From: Callorhinchus milii | Taxonomy: Eukaryota | Length of the DNA: 64,000 bases | NCBI RefSeq assembly: GCF_018977255.1 | Contig: NW_024704742.1 | Coordinates: forward strand, 77,502,001-77,566,000 | Direction: 5' to 3' | Shown: positions 34,170 to 46,635 of the stretch, piece after piece | How positions within the stretch are numbered: the first letter of the stretch is position 1 | Layout: each line of letters begins with the position of its first letter | Notes under the pieces: generated by a model | What the model was told of the DNA's origin: nothing | Databases searched by the model: none | What the model saw: only the letters and a program-made list of their open reading frames with translations | Made by a program: the position numbers and the translations under genes

Positions 34170-36022
34170 GTGCGAAGAGAATCCCTGTACAAAAGGAACA
34201 GAAGGATAAACCCAGGAACTACAGGCCAGTCAGCCTCACATCAATAGTGGGGAAACTTCTAGAGCCTATAATCCGGGACAAAATAAATTTTCACTTTGAA
34301 AAATGTGGGTTAATAAAGGACAGCCAACATGGATTTGGCAAAGGCAAATCAGGTTCAGCAAATATGATAGAGTTTTTTGAAGTAACGGAGAGGGAGTAAA
34401 CTATTTGATGTAGTTTATATGGATTTTCAAAAGGCGTTTGATAAGGTGCCACATAAGAAACTTGTAAGCAAAATAGAAACCCATGGTATTAAAAGGACAG
34501 TGGCAGCATGGATACAGAATTGGGAGACAGAAAGCAGAGAGTGGTGGTGAACGGTTGTTTTTCTGACTGGAGGGAAGTGTGCAGTGGTGCCCCCAGGAGT
34601 CGGTATTGGGACCACTGCTGTTTTTGATCTATATAAATGACCTGGACTTGGGTATAGAGTGTACAATTTCCAAGTTGGCAGATGATTCAAAGCTGGGAAA
34701 AGTAAAATAATAATAATAATAATCCTTAATTTGATATAGCGCTTTTCACATCTTCTAGATGTCTCAAAGCGCTTCACAGAATATGCTGTAAAGTGAATTG
34801 ACTGTATATTTGTGGGCAAAACGCAGCAGCCAATTGTGCACAGCAGTGTCCCACAAACAGTTGTGGATTGAAAATGACCAATTTTTTTTTTGGAGGGAGT
34901 ATTATTATTAGGCGTGTGGAGTAAGGAAACTTGCCCAAGGTTTCGCCCTGCCCAGGAATCAAACCCTGGTCCTCTCGCTTGCGAGTCGAATGCTCTAACC
35001 AATACGCTACAGATCTCTACAGGACTGTTAAATCTCGCCTGAAGGATGGCTCATTCAACAATGCAACACTCCCACCCCATAATGTCAGCAATGAGTAAAC
35101 AGTGAGGAGGATAGTAGCAGACTGCAAGAGGACATAGACAGACTGGTAAAATGGGCAGTCACGTGGCAGATGAAGTTTAATGTGGAAAAATGCAAAGTGA
35201 TGCATTTTGAGAGGAAGAATGAAGAGAGGCAATATAAGCCGATGGTACAATCTTAAAGAGGGTGAAGGAACAGAGACCTAAGGTTCATATAAGTAAATCT
35301 TTGAAGGTGGCAGGACAGGTAGATGAAGCTGTTAAAAAAGCATACGGGATACTAAGCTTTATAAATAGGGGCATAGAATACAAAAGTTAGAAAGTTATGA
35401 TGAACATTTATAAAACACTGGTTAGGTCTCAGCTAGAGTATGTGTTTAGTTCTGGGCACCACACTCTAGGAAGGATGTCAAGGTATCGGAGAGGGTGCAA
35501 AGGAAATTTACCAGGATGGTACCAGGAATGAGGGACTTCAATTATGAGGAGAGGCTAGAGAACCTAGGATTATTCTGAAATGCTGTACACTGTCCAGTGC
35601 CTTGGGACATCCTCCTGACGTGAAAGCGCTATATAAATGTAATCTTGTTGCTGCTGTAGTCTCCTTGGAGCAGAGAAGGTTAAGAGGAGACTTAATAGAA
35701 GTTTTGAAAGTTCTGAGGGTATTCGATAGGATGAAAAAGGAGAAACTATTTCCACTGGCGGGTGGGTTGGTAACCCGAGGACACCGATTGAAAATAGTTG
35801 TTAAAGAAACAGAAGGGAGGCGAGGAGAAATTTTTTCACACAGCGAATTGTTTGGATCTGGAATGCATTGCCTGAAAGGGTGGTGGAAGCCGATTTGATA
35901 ACCGCTTTTAAGAGAGAAGTAGATAATTATTTGGTGAGGACAAGTTTGCAGGGCTATGGGGAGAGAGTGGGAGAGTGGATTTGATTTGGGTAGCTCTTTT
36001 CCAAGAGCCGGCACAGACACTG
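34170..36022 (+). mobile_element. CR1 LINE with nested SINE (34706-35018, -), Deu-SINE piece (~35020-35090) and L2 tail (~35575-35657)
   Basis: NYRPVSLTSIVGKLLE...DFQKAFDKVPH...RRLRGDLIEV. Confidence 0.95.
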
Positions 36023-36334
36023 CCTAATTTCCTGAGACATAATAAGCCAGGATTCAAAACCAAGATCCAGGTGGAATTTCTCCCTTCAAGTTTGAACTCG
36101 GGCATTGGCTCCCATACTGGAGTCTGTGGACACCTGAGAAGGTTTCGGGGGTCCTGGGAACAGGAGGAGGCAACTGGAAGAACTATTGCTGGTGGCTCAA
36201 GCTCTTGCTCCCTGTGGACGAATAAACTCCCTTCTCTTTTTGAATAGCGCCACAGCATGTTTAAAAGCCCCCTGAATAGCTTCCCCTCGCACTGCGATGG
36301 AGCACCAGCCTGCGCTGGGAGGTCACTGCTCTTG

Positions 36335-36514
36335 TTCCCTGTGGACCAATCATGGCTCCACTCACGTTGACCAATCACAGTTCTTGCTTTCTGTGGACCA
36401 ATCACATCCCCAGCAGCTCCAGGACCTGTCTATCCTGATTGGTTGTTGAAATCTGACGAATTAGGTTTGACGGCGCCGATGGCAGGTGTGGTGAGAGGGG
36501 TGAGGCAGGTAAGT
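36335..36514 (+). promoter_or_regulatory. CCAAT-box promoter with candidate first exon
   Basis: Three GACCAATCA boxes ~26 bp apart (~36344, 36369, 36396) plus a reverse TGATTGGTT (~36436); ATG at 36479 gives MAGVVRGVRQ, followed by a consensus donor CAG|GTAAGT at 36508/36509. Confidence 0.5.
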
Positions 36515-36547
36515 CTTATCATGAGGTATGCAAACCCCAGAGGTTGT

Positions 36548-36870
36548 GTGGAGTCCTGTAGCTCAGTGGTTAGAGCACTCGCTTTGCAAGTGAGAGACCT
36601 GAGTTCAATTCCAGGCAGAGGGCGAAACCTTGGGCAAGTTTCCTTACTCCACACAGAGCCTAATAATAATCCCTCCAAAACCAAACAATAATTAAATTGG
36701 TCATTTTCAATCTACGACTGTGTGTGGGACATTGCTGTGCGCAATTGGCTGCCGCGTTCGCCCACAAATATACAGTCAATTCACTTTACAGTGTGTTCTG
36801 TGAAGCGCTTTGGGACGTCCTCCCGACGTGAAAAGCGCTATATCAAATGCAAGGATTATTATTATTATTA
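36548..36870 (+). mobile_element. Young tRNA-derived SINE (short variant), full length
   Basis: A/B boxes (tagctcagtggttag; gagttcaattcc), 3' hairpin agcgctttgggacgtcctcccgacgtgaaaagcgct, (ATT)n. Confidence 0.92.
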
Positions 36871-37343
36871 TCTACATTAAAATTGTAAAGGATTAATTAA
36901 AGGATTTCAGCGCTTTGGGACGACCTCCCGATGTGAAAGGCGCTCTATAAATGTAATTTTGTTGTTGTTATTTTTTTTAACTCTTTTAAAATGTTGTTTG
37001 AAATTAAACAGAGGTACTCAATTTCTATGGATTTATTGAGTGTGGGTCCTCAGTCCAGAGTCCTCATGTCATTGAGCCCGGAAAGTTTTGGAATTTCTGT
37101 TCCAGATTATTGCAGATCACACTTTGCACATCATTTATTATCTGTGGTGAAAGTCAGAGAGGCGAACTCATGGACCAGTTGATAAATTAAGATATTGACT
37201 AGCTATATTTTTCAATCATGTGCTAAGCAGCACCTCACAGCTTGCAATTTTTGCCCCATCATTTCATTCTCTTCCTTCCTGCCATTGTAGCGCAGCTTCA
37301 ATCTGTGGAGTATTCTTAGATCCTTCAATGCTTTTCTGAACAT

Positions 37344-37642
37344 GGTGGTTAACATGCTTGCCTCATAATTGAGAGGACCTGCCTTCAATTCCCGGATGGG
37401 GTGAAACCTTAGGCAAGTTTCCTTACTCCTAGCATTGAGTTGGAACCCAGTTGTTAGTCAATTGGCGGATTGCTTTCCAAGGTTAATAATTCCTCTCCCA
37501 AGCCCCCCAAAAAATGTGGTCACTCAATCTACAACTGTTTGCGGGACACTGCTGTGTGCAATTTTATTATGTGAAGCGCTTTGAGACGTCTCAACGATGT
37601 GATAAGGGGCTATATCAAATGCAAGGATTATTATTATTATTA
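37344..37642 (+). mobile_element. tRNA-derived SINE (long variant, diverged)
   Basis: Family similarity. Confidence 0.8.
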
Positions 37643-38363
37643 ACTTGATTTTGTTTGAAGGAGTTAATTAACTGCTGTTGGTTGGAGTTCATTACATGCA
37701 TTTACAACTCTGTGGAGGAAATATACTCTTTTAATCTCCAGTCAATCTTGAGGCTGTTTCATTTTATATGCATTCCCTTACAATCTCAACTCTGTTTACC
37801 TCAGCAATGGCTCACTTTCCATTTATCTAAGAGTGTTGTAACTAGGATTCAACTGTCAAGATGCTCAGTGATTTGTTTTAGTTATTTAATAACCATGGAA
37901 TATGGGAAGAGGTCAACCTTGTTCATGTTGGTGGTCAATATTAACCCAGAAGTGATAGCAGGTTATAATAATTCTAATAATACTTTCATGTCAAATGTTT
38001 CAAAATGCTTCACAGGATACATTGCAGCCATTTGCACACAGCAATGGCCCACAAACAGCCATGAAGTGAATGATCAATTTTAGTTGGAGGACTGTTGGCG
38101 AGGACATCAGGATAAAATCACTTCTCTTTTTGAGCAGTGCCATGGGATCTTTCACATCCACCTGAATAGCATCCCCCTGTGTTGGAGTAGAGCGTAGATT
38201 GCCAGTTCACAGTCCCAAAAGGAGGCTTGAACCCACAACTTTTTGACACAAAGATGAGAGTGCTATCAACTAAGTCAGGCAACCCTGGTCATTATAGGGT
38301 TTAAAACATCTTCTGATTGGTTAGAATAAAAGCCATGTTGCGGTCATGAAGAATAAAACTTGA

Positions 38364-40280
38364 GCAACAACAACATAATTACATTTGTATAGCGCTTTTC
38401 ACATAGGGAGGATGGCCCAAGGCACTGGACAATCAATGTTTCAGACTCAAGTTGGGGGTCGGGATCGGGGAGGGTGGAGGGCAGGGGGTGACCAAAGGCA
38501 CAGTCAAAGAGGAGGGTCTTGAGACGGATCTTGAAGGAGGCAAGGGAGGGGTTGAGGCAGAGGGAATGCGGGATGGAGTTCCAGATGGTGGGGCCAGAGT
38601 GTTTGAAGACCCACCCTCCAATGGTGGGCAGGTGAGGTGGGGGGCATGAAGCAAGCCAGAGCGAGCAGGTTGGTAGGGTTAGTAGATCGCAGAGGAAAGG
38701 GGGAGCAAGGCCATGGAAGGCTTTGAAGATGAGGACCAGGACCCAGTAGAGGGTGAAACAAGACGCCAACGTTCTGGACAGGCTTAGTAAGGTGGAGTGT
38801 ACGTCCTTGGATGGTGATGCTGTTGGTGCCTGAGGTGTGGAGGCGCTGATGGTTGCCAATCAGGAGAGCCTCAGTCTTGTTGACATTCAACTGAAGAAAG
38901 TTAGCTCTCATCCAGAACTTGATGTCTGACAGACATTCTGTCATGACAACCGTGTTCCTGTAGTCGAGGGTGGAGGCAGAGAGGTACAGTTGGGTGTAAT
39001 CTGCACACATGTGGAAGTTGACCCCATTTCTGCGGATAATGTCAGCAACAGGAAGTATATAGATATTGAAGAGGAGGGGACCAAGGACAGAGCCCTGAGG
39101 AATACCGCACAAGATGGTATAGGGGCTAGAGAAGAAGCCGTTTGTCGAGATAAAGTGGAGATGGTATGAGAGGTAGGATCTGAACCATTCAAGGACAAAA
39201 CCATGAAGGTTGAGGTGAGAGGAGAGGTGGTGGAGGAGGATAGAGTGGTCAACGGTATCAAAGCAGCAGAGAGCTCAAGGAGGATGAGGAGGCAGAGGTG
39301 GACAAGATGTCATTTGTCACTTTGACTTTGACTTTGACTAATGCTGTGGGCAGAATCACCGATTGGAAGGGTTCATGAAGGGAACAGCAGGAGAGAAAGG
39401 AGCGAAGTTTGGAAGCAGCGACTCGCTCCGTGCCCTTGAAAAGGGAGGTTGGAGATGGGGCGGTAGTTTAAGAACAGGAATGGGTTCAGGGAGGGGTTTT
39501 TAAGGATATGAGTGATGACAGACATTTTTAAAGGGGTGGGAATCGTGCCAGTGGACAGGGCGAGGTTTGTGATGTCTGTGAGTAGGGGGACAAGGAGGTG
39601 GAGCTGGGACATAAGGAGAGGGGTAGGGATGGGGTCGAAGGCGCAGGTGGTCGGTTTCACGTGGGTTATAGTGATGATGAGTGAGGAGGGGGAGACAGGT
39701 TCAAACGTTTAGAGGGAGGGATGGGTAGGGTTCGGGGTGTGAGGGGGAGATGGGGAGGGGGTAGTAGACGAAAGGGCAGAGGCAGCTGAGCGGATCCCCT
39801 CGACTTTGGTTTTGAGGAAGTCCAGCATCTTCTTGCAATTGGTGTTGGAGGAGCAGATGGCGGAGGTGTGAGAGGGTGGGCGGAGGAGCCGGTTGGTGAT
39901 GGAGAAGAGGAGCCTGGGGTTGTCCTTGGCCTCCAAGATTGTCTGGGAGTAGAAGGACAATTTAGTGGAGGTGAGGGCGGAGCGGTAAGTTTAGATAAAG
40001 TCCAGCCAGATCTGCCAATGGACTGTTAAGTTAGATTTGAGCCAGGTGCATTCGGCGGCACCCACCTGTGCCTTGAGGAAGGGGAAGTGGCTGGTGTACC
40101 AGGGTGAATTCCGTGTGTAGGAGGCGGTTCTGGAAATGAGAGGAGGAAAGGCATTGAGAGTGATGGAGGAGAGTGATCGAGGAGGATAGGTCATTGCGGG
40201 AGGAAGCCCAGAAGAGGAGTTCAGATGACTCCAAGGCAGCGGAGAGGGAGGGGGGCTGGGGGGAAAAGAAAGCTTCAGGG
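38364..40280 (-). mobile_element. L2 LINE, longest copy in the window
   Basis: [16 protein letters not shown]...WMRANFLQLNVNKTE; NYRPISNLPF. Confidence 0.95.
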
Positions 40281-40740
40281 AAAGAGTAAAAAAGGCAGGT
40301 ATTTTTTGTAGTCAGTTGATAAAGGCCCTTTGCCATTTAGATGTAAATTGTGCAATTAAGAGTTCATTTCTAAACTAGTATCACTTACTTGACTTCCGTG
40401 AAATGATTTTCATTTATCAGAACATCCCAGTGAAATATTAATACAATGTTTCTGTTGCAAAATATTTCTCCATGCTTTGGCTGTGAAAGAATGTTTTCTG
40501 AAAATGAAGATATTATATCACCATTACTTTTACTGTGCTGTAATTTTGTTAGATTGCAGAAGCTGCACAGCATTGCTATACTAAAAACAATTGCAATTTG
40601 GCAACTAAATTAGGTACGATGTGTATGTGGAGGAAAGCCAGTACATTTAACTCTGCAATTGAGGATTGAGAAATAATGTCTTTCTGCTCTGACTGGCTGT
40701 GTATATTTTCAGTTCACATAGCAGATTTTTGAAGCAAACA

Positions 40741-40803
40741 ATAGATTTGTAGTAATAAAACAATAGATTAGTAGTAATAAAAAAATTGATTTGTAGTCAT
40801 AAA
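40741..40803. repeat. 22-bp tandem repeat x3
   Basis: atagatttgtagtaataaaaca units. Confidence 0.85.
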
Positions 40804-41379
40804 GCTATCTGGATGATAGAAGGTGTATTATATAATATTCCTTGTATTTGATATACTGTAGTACCCTATCAAGTTGAAACATCTCAAAGTATTTCCGTAA
40901 AGAGTAATGACTGTGTATTTGTAGGTGAATGCGGATTGGCAGACAATTTGCGCACAGCAATGTCTCCCAAACATCCATGAAGTGAATGATTTTTTTTTAA
41001 TCTGGGGGATTGTTGGCCAGGACACCCAAAGAAAATCAGTTCTCTTTTCGAAGAATGTTACAGGATCTTTAACATCCTGTCTGAACAGACAGATGACACC
41101 TTGGTTTAACGTCTCATGTGAAGTACGGCACTCCCACCAATGGAGTGATATCCCAGGAATGCGTTGAATGCATTTTTCCTATAATTTTATTCCCCCACAG
41201 GTTGTGGGGCAGACAATGACTTTATTCATCAGAAATGTTCTCGGTTTTGATTACCTTTTGTGGATTCATTTTACAACTATATCAGTCAATTGAATCTAGG
41301 CTTTTGATTGTCTGGAAAATAGGCTTTTGCCCTGAAAGCTGATAATATTTTCATGTATATTTATAAACGAATTCACCTC

Positions 41380-41725
41380 TACAACAGCAAATTCCATTTA
41401 TATAGAGCCTTTCACATCAGGAGGATGCCCCAAGATGCTGGACAGGAAAGAGTTTGCACCCAAGCTGGGGATTGGAATCAAGAGTGTTGATGGGCAAGAG
41501 GGGGTGGGGATATGATCAAAGTTACAGTCAAAGAGAAAGGTCTTGAGATGGGCCTTGAAGAAGGGAAGGGAGAGAGGGTGGTGCAAAAAAAATGAAGGCC
41601 CAACGGCCGATGGTGGGTCAGGTAGTACAGGGGACATGGAGCAGGCCAGTGCCTACCAAGTGGAGGGAGCGGACAGGTTGATAAGGATGATGAGAGCTGA
41701 GAGAAAGAGGTAAGCACAAAGTCCA
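41380..41725 (-). mobile_element. L2 3' fragment
   Basis: FKAHLKTFLFD and tail. Confidence 0.8.
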
Positions 41726-42384
41726 ACGTTAATTTGGGTTAGCAGAAAAGCAAATAGAAAAAGTGGGATAGAGGTTAAAGTAAGTTGGGCACTGATCATA
41801 TTAAAATTTAAAGAAAATAGGCAGCAAATGATTAAGTGGGAAAAGAGGACAATTGGGGAAAAGCAGATAGGAAGTGTTTATTTTTCAGTTTAAAATTATG
41901 ATTTGATTTTATGAGTATAGCGTTACTATAAAAGTAATAAAACTATTCCTGACATCTGAGTTGCTTTACTAGTCTAATGTTAAAATATTTTCCAGTTGAA
42001 AGACTGCAGAATATCACAGGGAGACATTTCCTGACCTGCTAGCAGTCTAACAGTTGATCCTAACATACAAAAATAGACTCTATTATCTTTCTTTTTCCTT
42101 CATCTATATTTCTATTTCCCACAATTTAGCATATTAACTTTAGTTTTCCTTTTTTTTCCCTATCTGATTTAACCTAACTTTAGCTAATCTGTCTATTTTT
42201 GTGATAATAATCTCTTACTTACCCCCGTCCTCCAAACCCTGATTACTTTTTTGGCAGAGGGAACAAGTAAAGAAACATTTGGATTTTTACTGGCTTTAAA
42301 GAGACATTCTGAGATTGATGTATCTTTCAATGCACAAAGCAACTAAGCAAAATAGTAAGAAATCTTGCTGACAATGTATCAAAA

Positions 42385-44120
42385 CCAAAGTTGAGGGGAT
42401 CCGCTCAGCTGCGCCTGCCTTTCTGACCACTACGCCCTCCCCATCTCCCCCTCACACCCTGGCCTCTACCCATCCCTCCCTCCACAGCTTCGAACCTGTC
42501 TCCCCCTTCTCTCTCATCACCACTATAACCAACATGAAACTGACCACCTGCTCCCTCGCCCCATCCTTACCCCTCTCCTTTCCTCCCAGCTCCACCTCCT
42601 TGCCTCCCTACTCACAGTCATCACAAATCTCTTCCTGTCCACTGACTCCATTCCCACCACTCTAAAAATGGCCGTCATCACTCCTATCCTTAAAAACCTT
42701 CCTTGGATTCATCCCTCAACTACTGCCCCATCTCCAACCTCCATTTTCTTTCGAAGGTCCTAGAATGAGTCATTGCTTCCCAGCTTTGCTCCTTCCTCTC
42801 CCACTATTCCCTTCACAAAACCCTCCAAATTGTGTTTCCATGCCGCCCACAGTACAAAAATAGCCCTGGTTAAAGTGACGAATGACATTTTGTCCATCTG
42901 AAACCAGGGAACCCTCTGGCCTCCTTGACGTCTCTGCTGCCTTCGATACAGTTGACCACCCTATCCTCCTCCACCACCCCTCTTCTCACCTCAATCTTCA
43001 TGGTTCTGTGCTTGAATGGTTCAGATCCTACCTCTCACACGTCTCCACTTCATCTCCACAAGCGGCTTCCCTCTAGCACCTGGACCATCTCCAATGGAGT
43101 TCCTCAGGGCTCTGTCCTTGGTCCCCTCCTTTTCAAATTCTATATGCTCACTCTTAGTGACATCATCCGCAGACATAGGGTTAATTTCCACATGTATGCG
43201 GATGACACCCAACTCTATCGCTCTGCTTCCACTCTCGACTCCAGGACTACTGCTGTCCTGACAGAATGTCAATCAGACATCAAGTCCTGCATGAGAGCTG
43301 AACATTAACAAGACCGAGGCTCTCCTGATTCGTTCCCGTCAGCGCCTCCACACCTCAGACACGGACAGCATCCCCATACAAGGATGCACACTCCAGCTTA
43401 CTTAGCCAGTCCGGAACCTTGGTGTCTTCAACTATTCTTTCTGCCCCAAATCTGTGCCATGACCCACTCACTCTGCCTTCTCCCACCTCTGCAACATCGC
43501 CTGGCTCTGCCACTGTCTTACACCACAGGCCACCGAGACCCTCATACACCAATCATAACATCCAGGCTTGATTACACAAACTCCCTGCTTGTCGGCTTCC
43601 CAACCTCCTCCCTCCATAGGCTGCAGATCATCCAGAACTCTGCAACTCATGTACTTTTCCCCACCAGGCTCTGTGGCCCTATCACCCCCATCCTCACCTG
43701 GCTCACTGGCTTTCCATTACACAGAGAATACAGTTCAAGATCCATGTCCTCAATTCAAAGCCCTCCATGGCCTTGCACCCCCCTATCTCTGCGACCTAAC
43801 TCTCTAGCAACCTGGCTGCTCACTCTGCTCAGCGGGCTTCGTCCTGCTTCATGTCCCCTGCCTCGCACGTTCACCATTCTGCCGCTCTGCCCTCACCATC
43901 TGGAACTCCATCACGCAGTCCCTCTGCGTCATCCTCTTTCTTGCCTCCTTCAAGACCTGTCTCAAGAGCCTCCTTTTCAACCGTGTCTTCAATCATCTTC
44001 CTTCTCTCCACCCTACGTGATCCCGACTCCCAGCTCAGGTCTGAAACACTGATTGTCCAGCGCCTTGGGTCGTCCTCCCAACGTGAAATTGCTATACAAA
44101 TGTAATTTTGTTGTTGTTAT
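42385..44120 (+). mobile_element. L2 LINE, same subfamily as 38364-40280
   Basis: [13 protein letters not shown]...YADDTQLY. Confidence 0.95.
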
Positions 44121-46237
44121 GTGTCAGTCCTCAGAGGTCAACAGCAGGCAGTGACATGAACAAACAATTAGAATAATTCAGTTCATGAGAGTGAAGGTAG
44201 AAAAAGTTATGGGATTTTTATTTCCACTTCATTGAACAGAAATATTTACAAATTAATTACATCCTGCATTTGTACAGCTCCCTTCATGTAGGATGATGTT
44301 TCAGAGTGCTTCACAAAGACAGGAGAGACGAATTATTCACATAGCAGAAGCGACGCAGAGATGTAGTGCACTCTCCATCATTGATATTGGTTTACAAACT
44401 TCTGTACTACAATGCATTACCAGCTTTCATCTAGTGGGAGTCCAAGAAGACTTTGGGGAAGCAGGGCTATATCAGTGCTCTGTGTGCCCACGTGACAATA
44501 GTCCTAATTCACACAGTGTAAGTAGGACCAGTGGTCAACCTGTGTTGGTTTATACTAGATGGTGGAAGGAATGGTGAAACAAAGGGACATAGAGATCCAA
44601 CTGGATGGAGAATTGAAAACTTATCAGTTAAGGAGTGGATCCAGAGAGGAATAAGCTGGCCATCAGATGAAATGAGTTGTCAAAGTCAGTATGGAGGATC
44701 AGAGAGAGTGACTAAAGCCTAAGGAAATGTGAGGAAGGGGTTTGAAGACATGGGTTTTATGCTTGGGAGAAAAGTAAGAAGGGAAAATAGAGTGATGAGG
44801 CTCAAGAATGTGTCAACAATAAAAAGTTTACAAAAGAAATTGCCCCTTTAGCTGAGTCTCAAACTTACAATAGTATGTGTGAGTCACTGGGCTGCTTCAG
44901 CAAGCTGTAGTGCCAATGATCTGTGCTGCATCGTGGTAAGACACAGCTTCATTCATTCAGTTCTCTAAGCGATTGCATTACTGAACTCATTTGTTCCATT
45001 GTGTAAGATTCAAAGCAGCTAGTCACTTCCAACCAGGAAAAGACAGAGGAGGGAAATCACCTACAGCACCTCCTGTGAATCTTCTAGTGATTGGTTATAA
45101 AGGTTCATGGCATAGGTTTGAGGACATGCTTTGACCTTCTCAGACAAAGTATAGAGGTCTACAAGGCACTGATATTAGCAATCTTTCCATTGCAGGAATA
45201 TGAGAATTCCTGTTGTACATTGCTAATGTTAGTGATTGCCACATACAGAGACCCAGAAGGGGAGTAATAAAACAATTCACATAAAAAAGAAAGCCAATAT
45301 TTTGTAAATGGAATGCATAGTTAAATATAAATTGGCATAAAATTCCCCTTTTTTAAGAAAACTGGCAGTACTCCCAGATTATGATCAGCCTTATCCTCTG
45401 GTCTGGACAGATTTTTCCTTGCCTTTTCCTTCAACTTCTTGATCATTTTTCTCTATGTTTTCCTTTAAGCATTCAGAAGAGAAAATGTACATTGAAAAGT
45501 ATGGAAACAATTAACTTTTTCCAGTGATATTTTGCTATAGAATAGTCTATAAAAACGCATCCATTTAGAATAAACCAGCAATGAACTAATGTCCTCCTCT
45601 GCTTTACCATCAGTCAACCCTGTCCTGTATTTCATACTGTATATAGGGCTTCAATCACCCACTGTTTCACTTTTGATGATGTGTTAACGTGTCTTTCTCT
45701 TTCGGAAACTGATTTCCTCAGATTTCCCGAATCTGTGTTTTTTTTTATTCTAAACTTATTTGGATGTAACACAAGCACTTTTAGATTGTGGGAACACAAG
45801 GCAACCGGTTTGCAACTGGACATTAAATAACAGCGCTGCCATCTAAAATCTGGTTTAATAATTTTGGCTTTTCTATTTCCTTCTCAAATATGTTTTTTAT
45901 ACGATTTTAATAGGACCCACATGCTCACTGTTAAATTCGTATGGATCTCAGTCGCTGGAGCACCACTCTGATGATACCCAAAATCATTTATTGGAAACAG
46001 AAGGTTTGCAACATAGCTTGGTAATCAACTAAATACCTGGTGTGGCACTGGGCAGGAAGATAATGATTTTGATTCATAGAAAGTACAGCTCAGAAACGGG
46101 CCATTTGACCCATCCAATCTGGCTGGTGTTTATATTCCACACAAGTGCTTATCCTAGATCCTATCCCAAGTCCCATATCCCAGGTTAATTGAGCAAAGTA
46201 CTGGAGGACTGATAAAGGATGGGGTGAAATTAAGTGT

Positions 46238-46635
46238 CAGCCTGGTTTAGTTCGTAACACTCCCGGCTCTGATTCAGAACGGTGTAGGTTGAAGCCCCAC
46301 ATTGAGGACTTTGAGCTCAGGCTAGACTGGCAATGCTGGGGGAGTGCTGCATTATTGAAAGTGCTGATCTTTGGATGAGATATTAAGAATCCATCTTCCT
46401 GTTCAGATGGGTTAGGTTCCCTTGACACTATTTGAAAAGAGAAAGGAGTTTATTCCAGTACTCTTACTAACAATCCTCCAGATAAAATTGGTCATTCATT
46501 TCCTGACTGTTTGCTGCCATTGCTGTGTGCAAATTGATTGCTTTGTTCACCTAAAATACGCAATGACTACAGTTTACAAAAAACTCTGAAGCATTTCAAG
46601 ATGTTTCAAAATAGTAGATGCTATGTCAAATAGTC
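46238..46635 (+). mobile_element. Deu-domain SINE, diverged
   Basis: Head, Deu core and tail recognisable. Confidence 0.7.

Noticed and set aside
36548..36620. tRNA gene-like sequences (also 58156, 50610, 10035, 59979)
   Set aside because: They are SINE heads continuing into SINE bodies, with no acceptor stem closure or terminator.
45968..46010. CTGATGA...GAAAC hammerhead-like motif
   Set aside because: Stems I and II cannot form.
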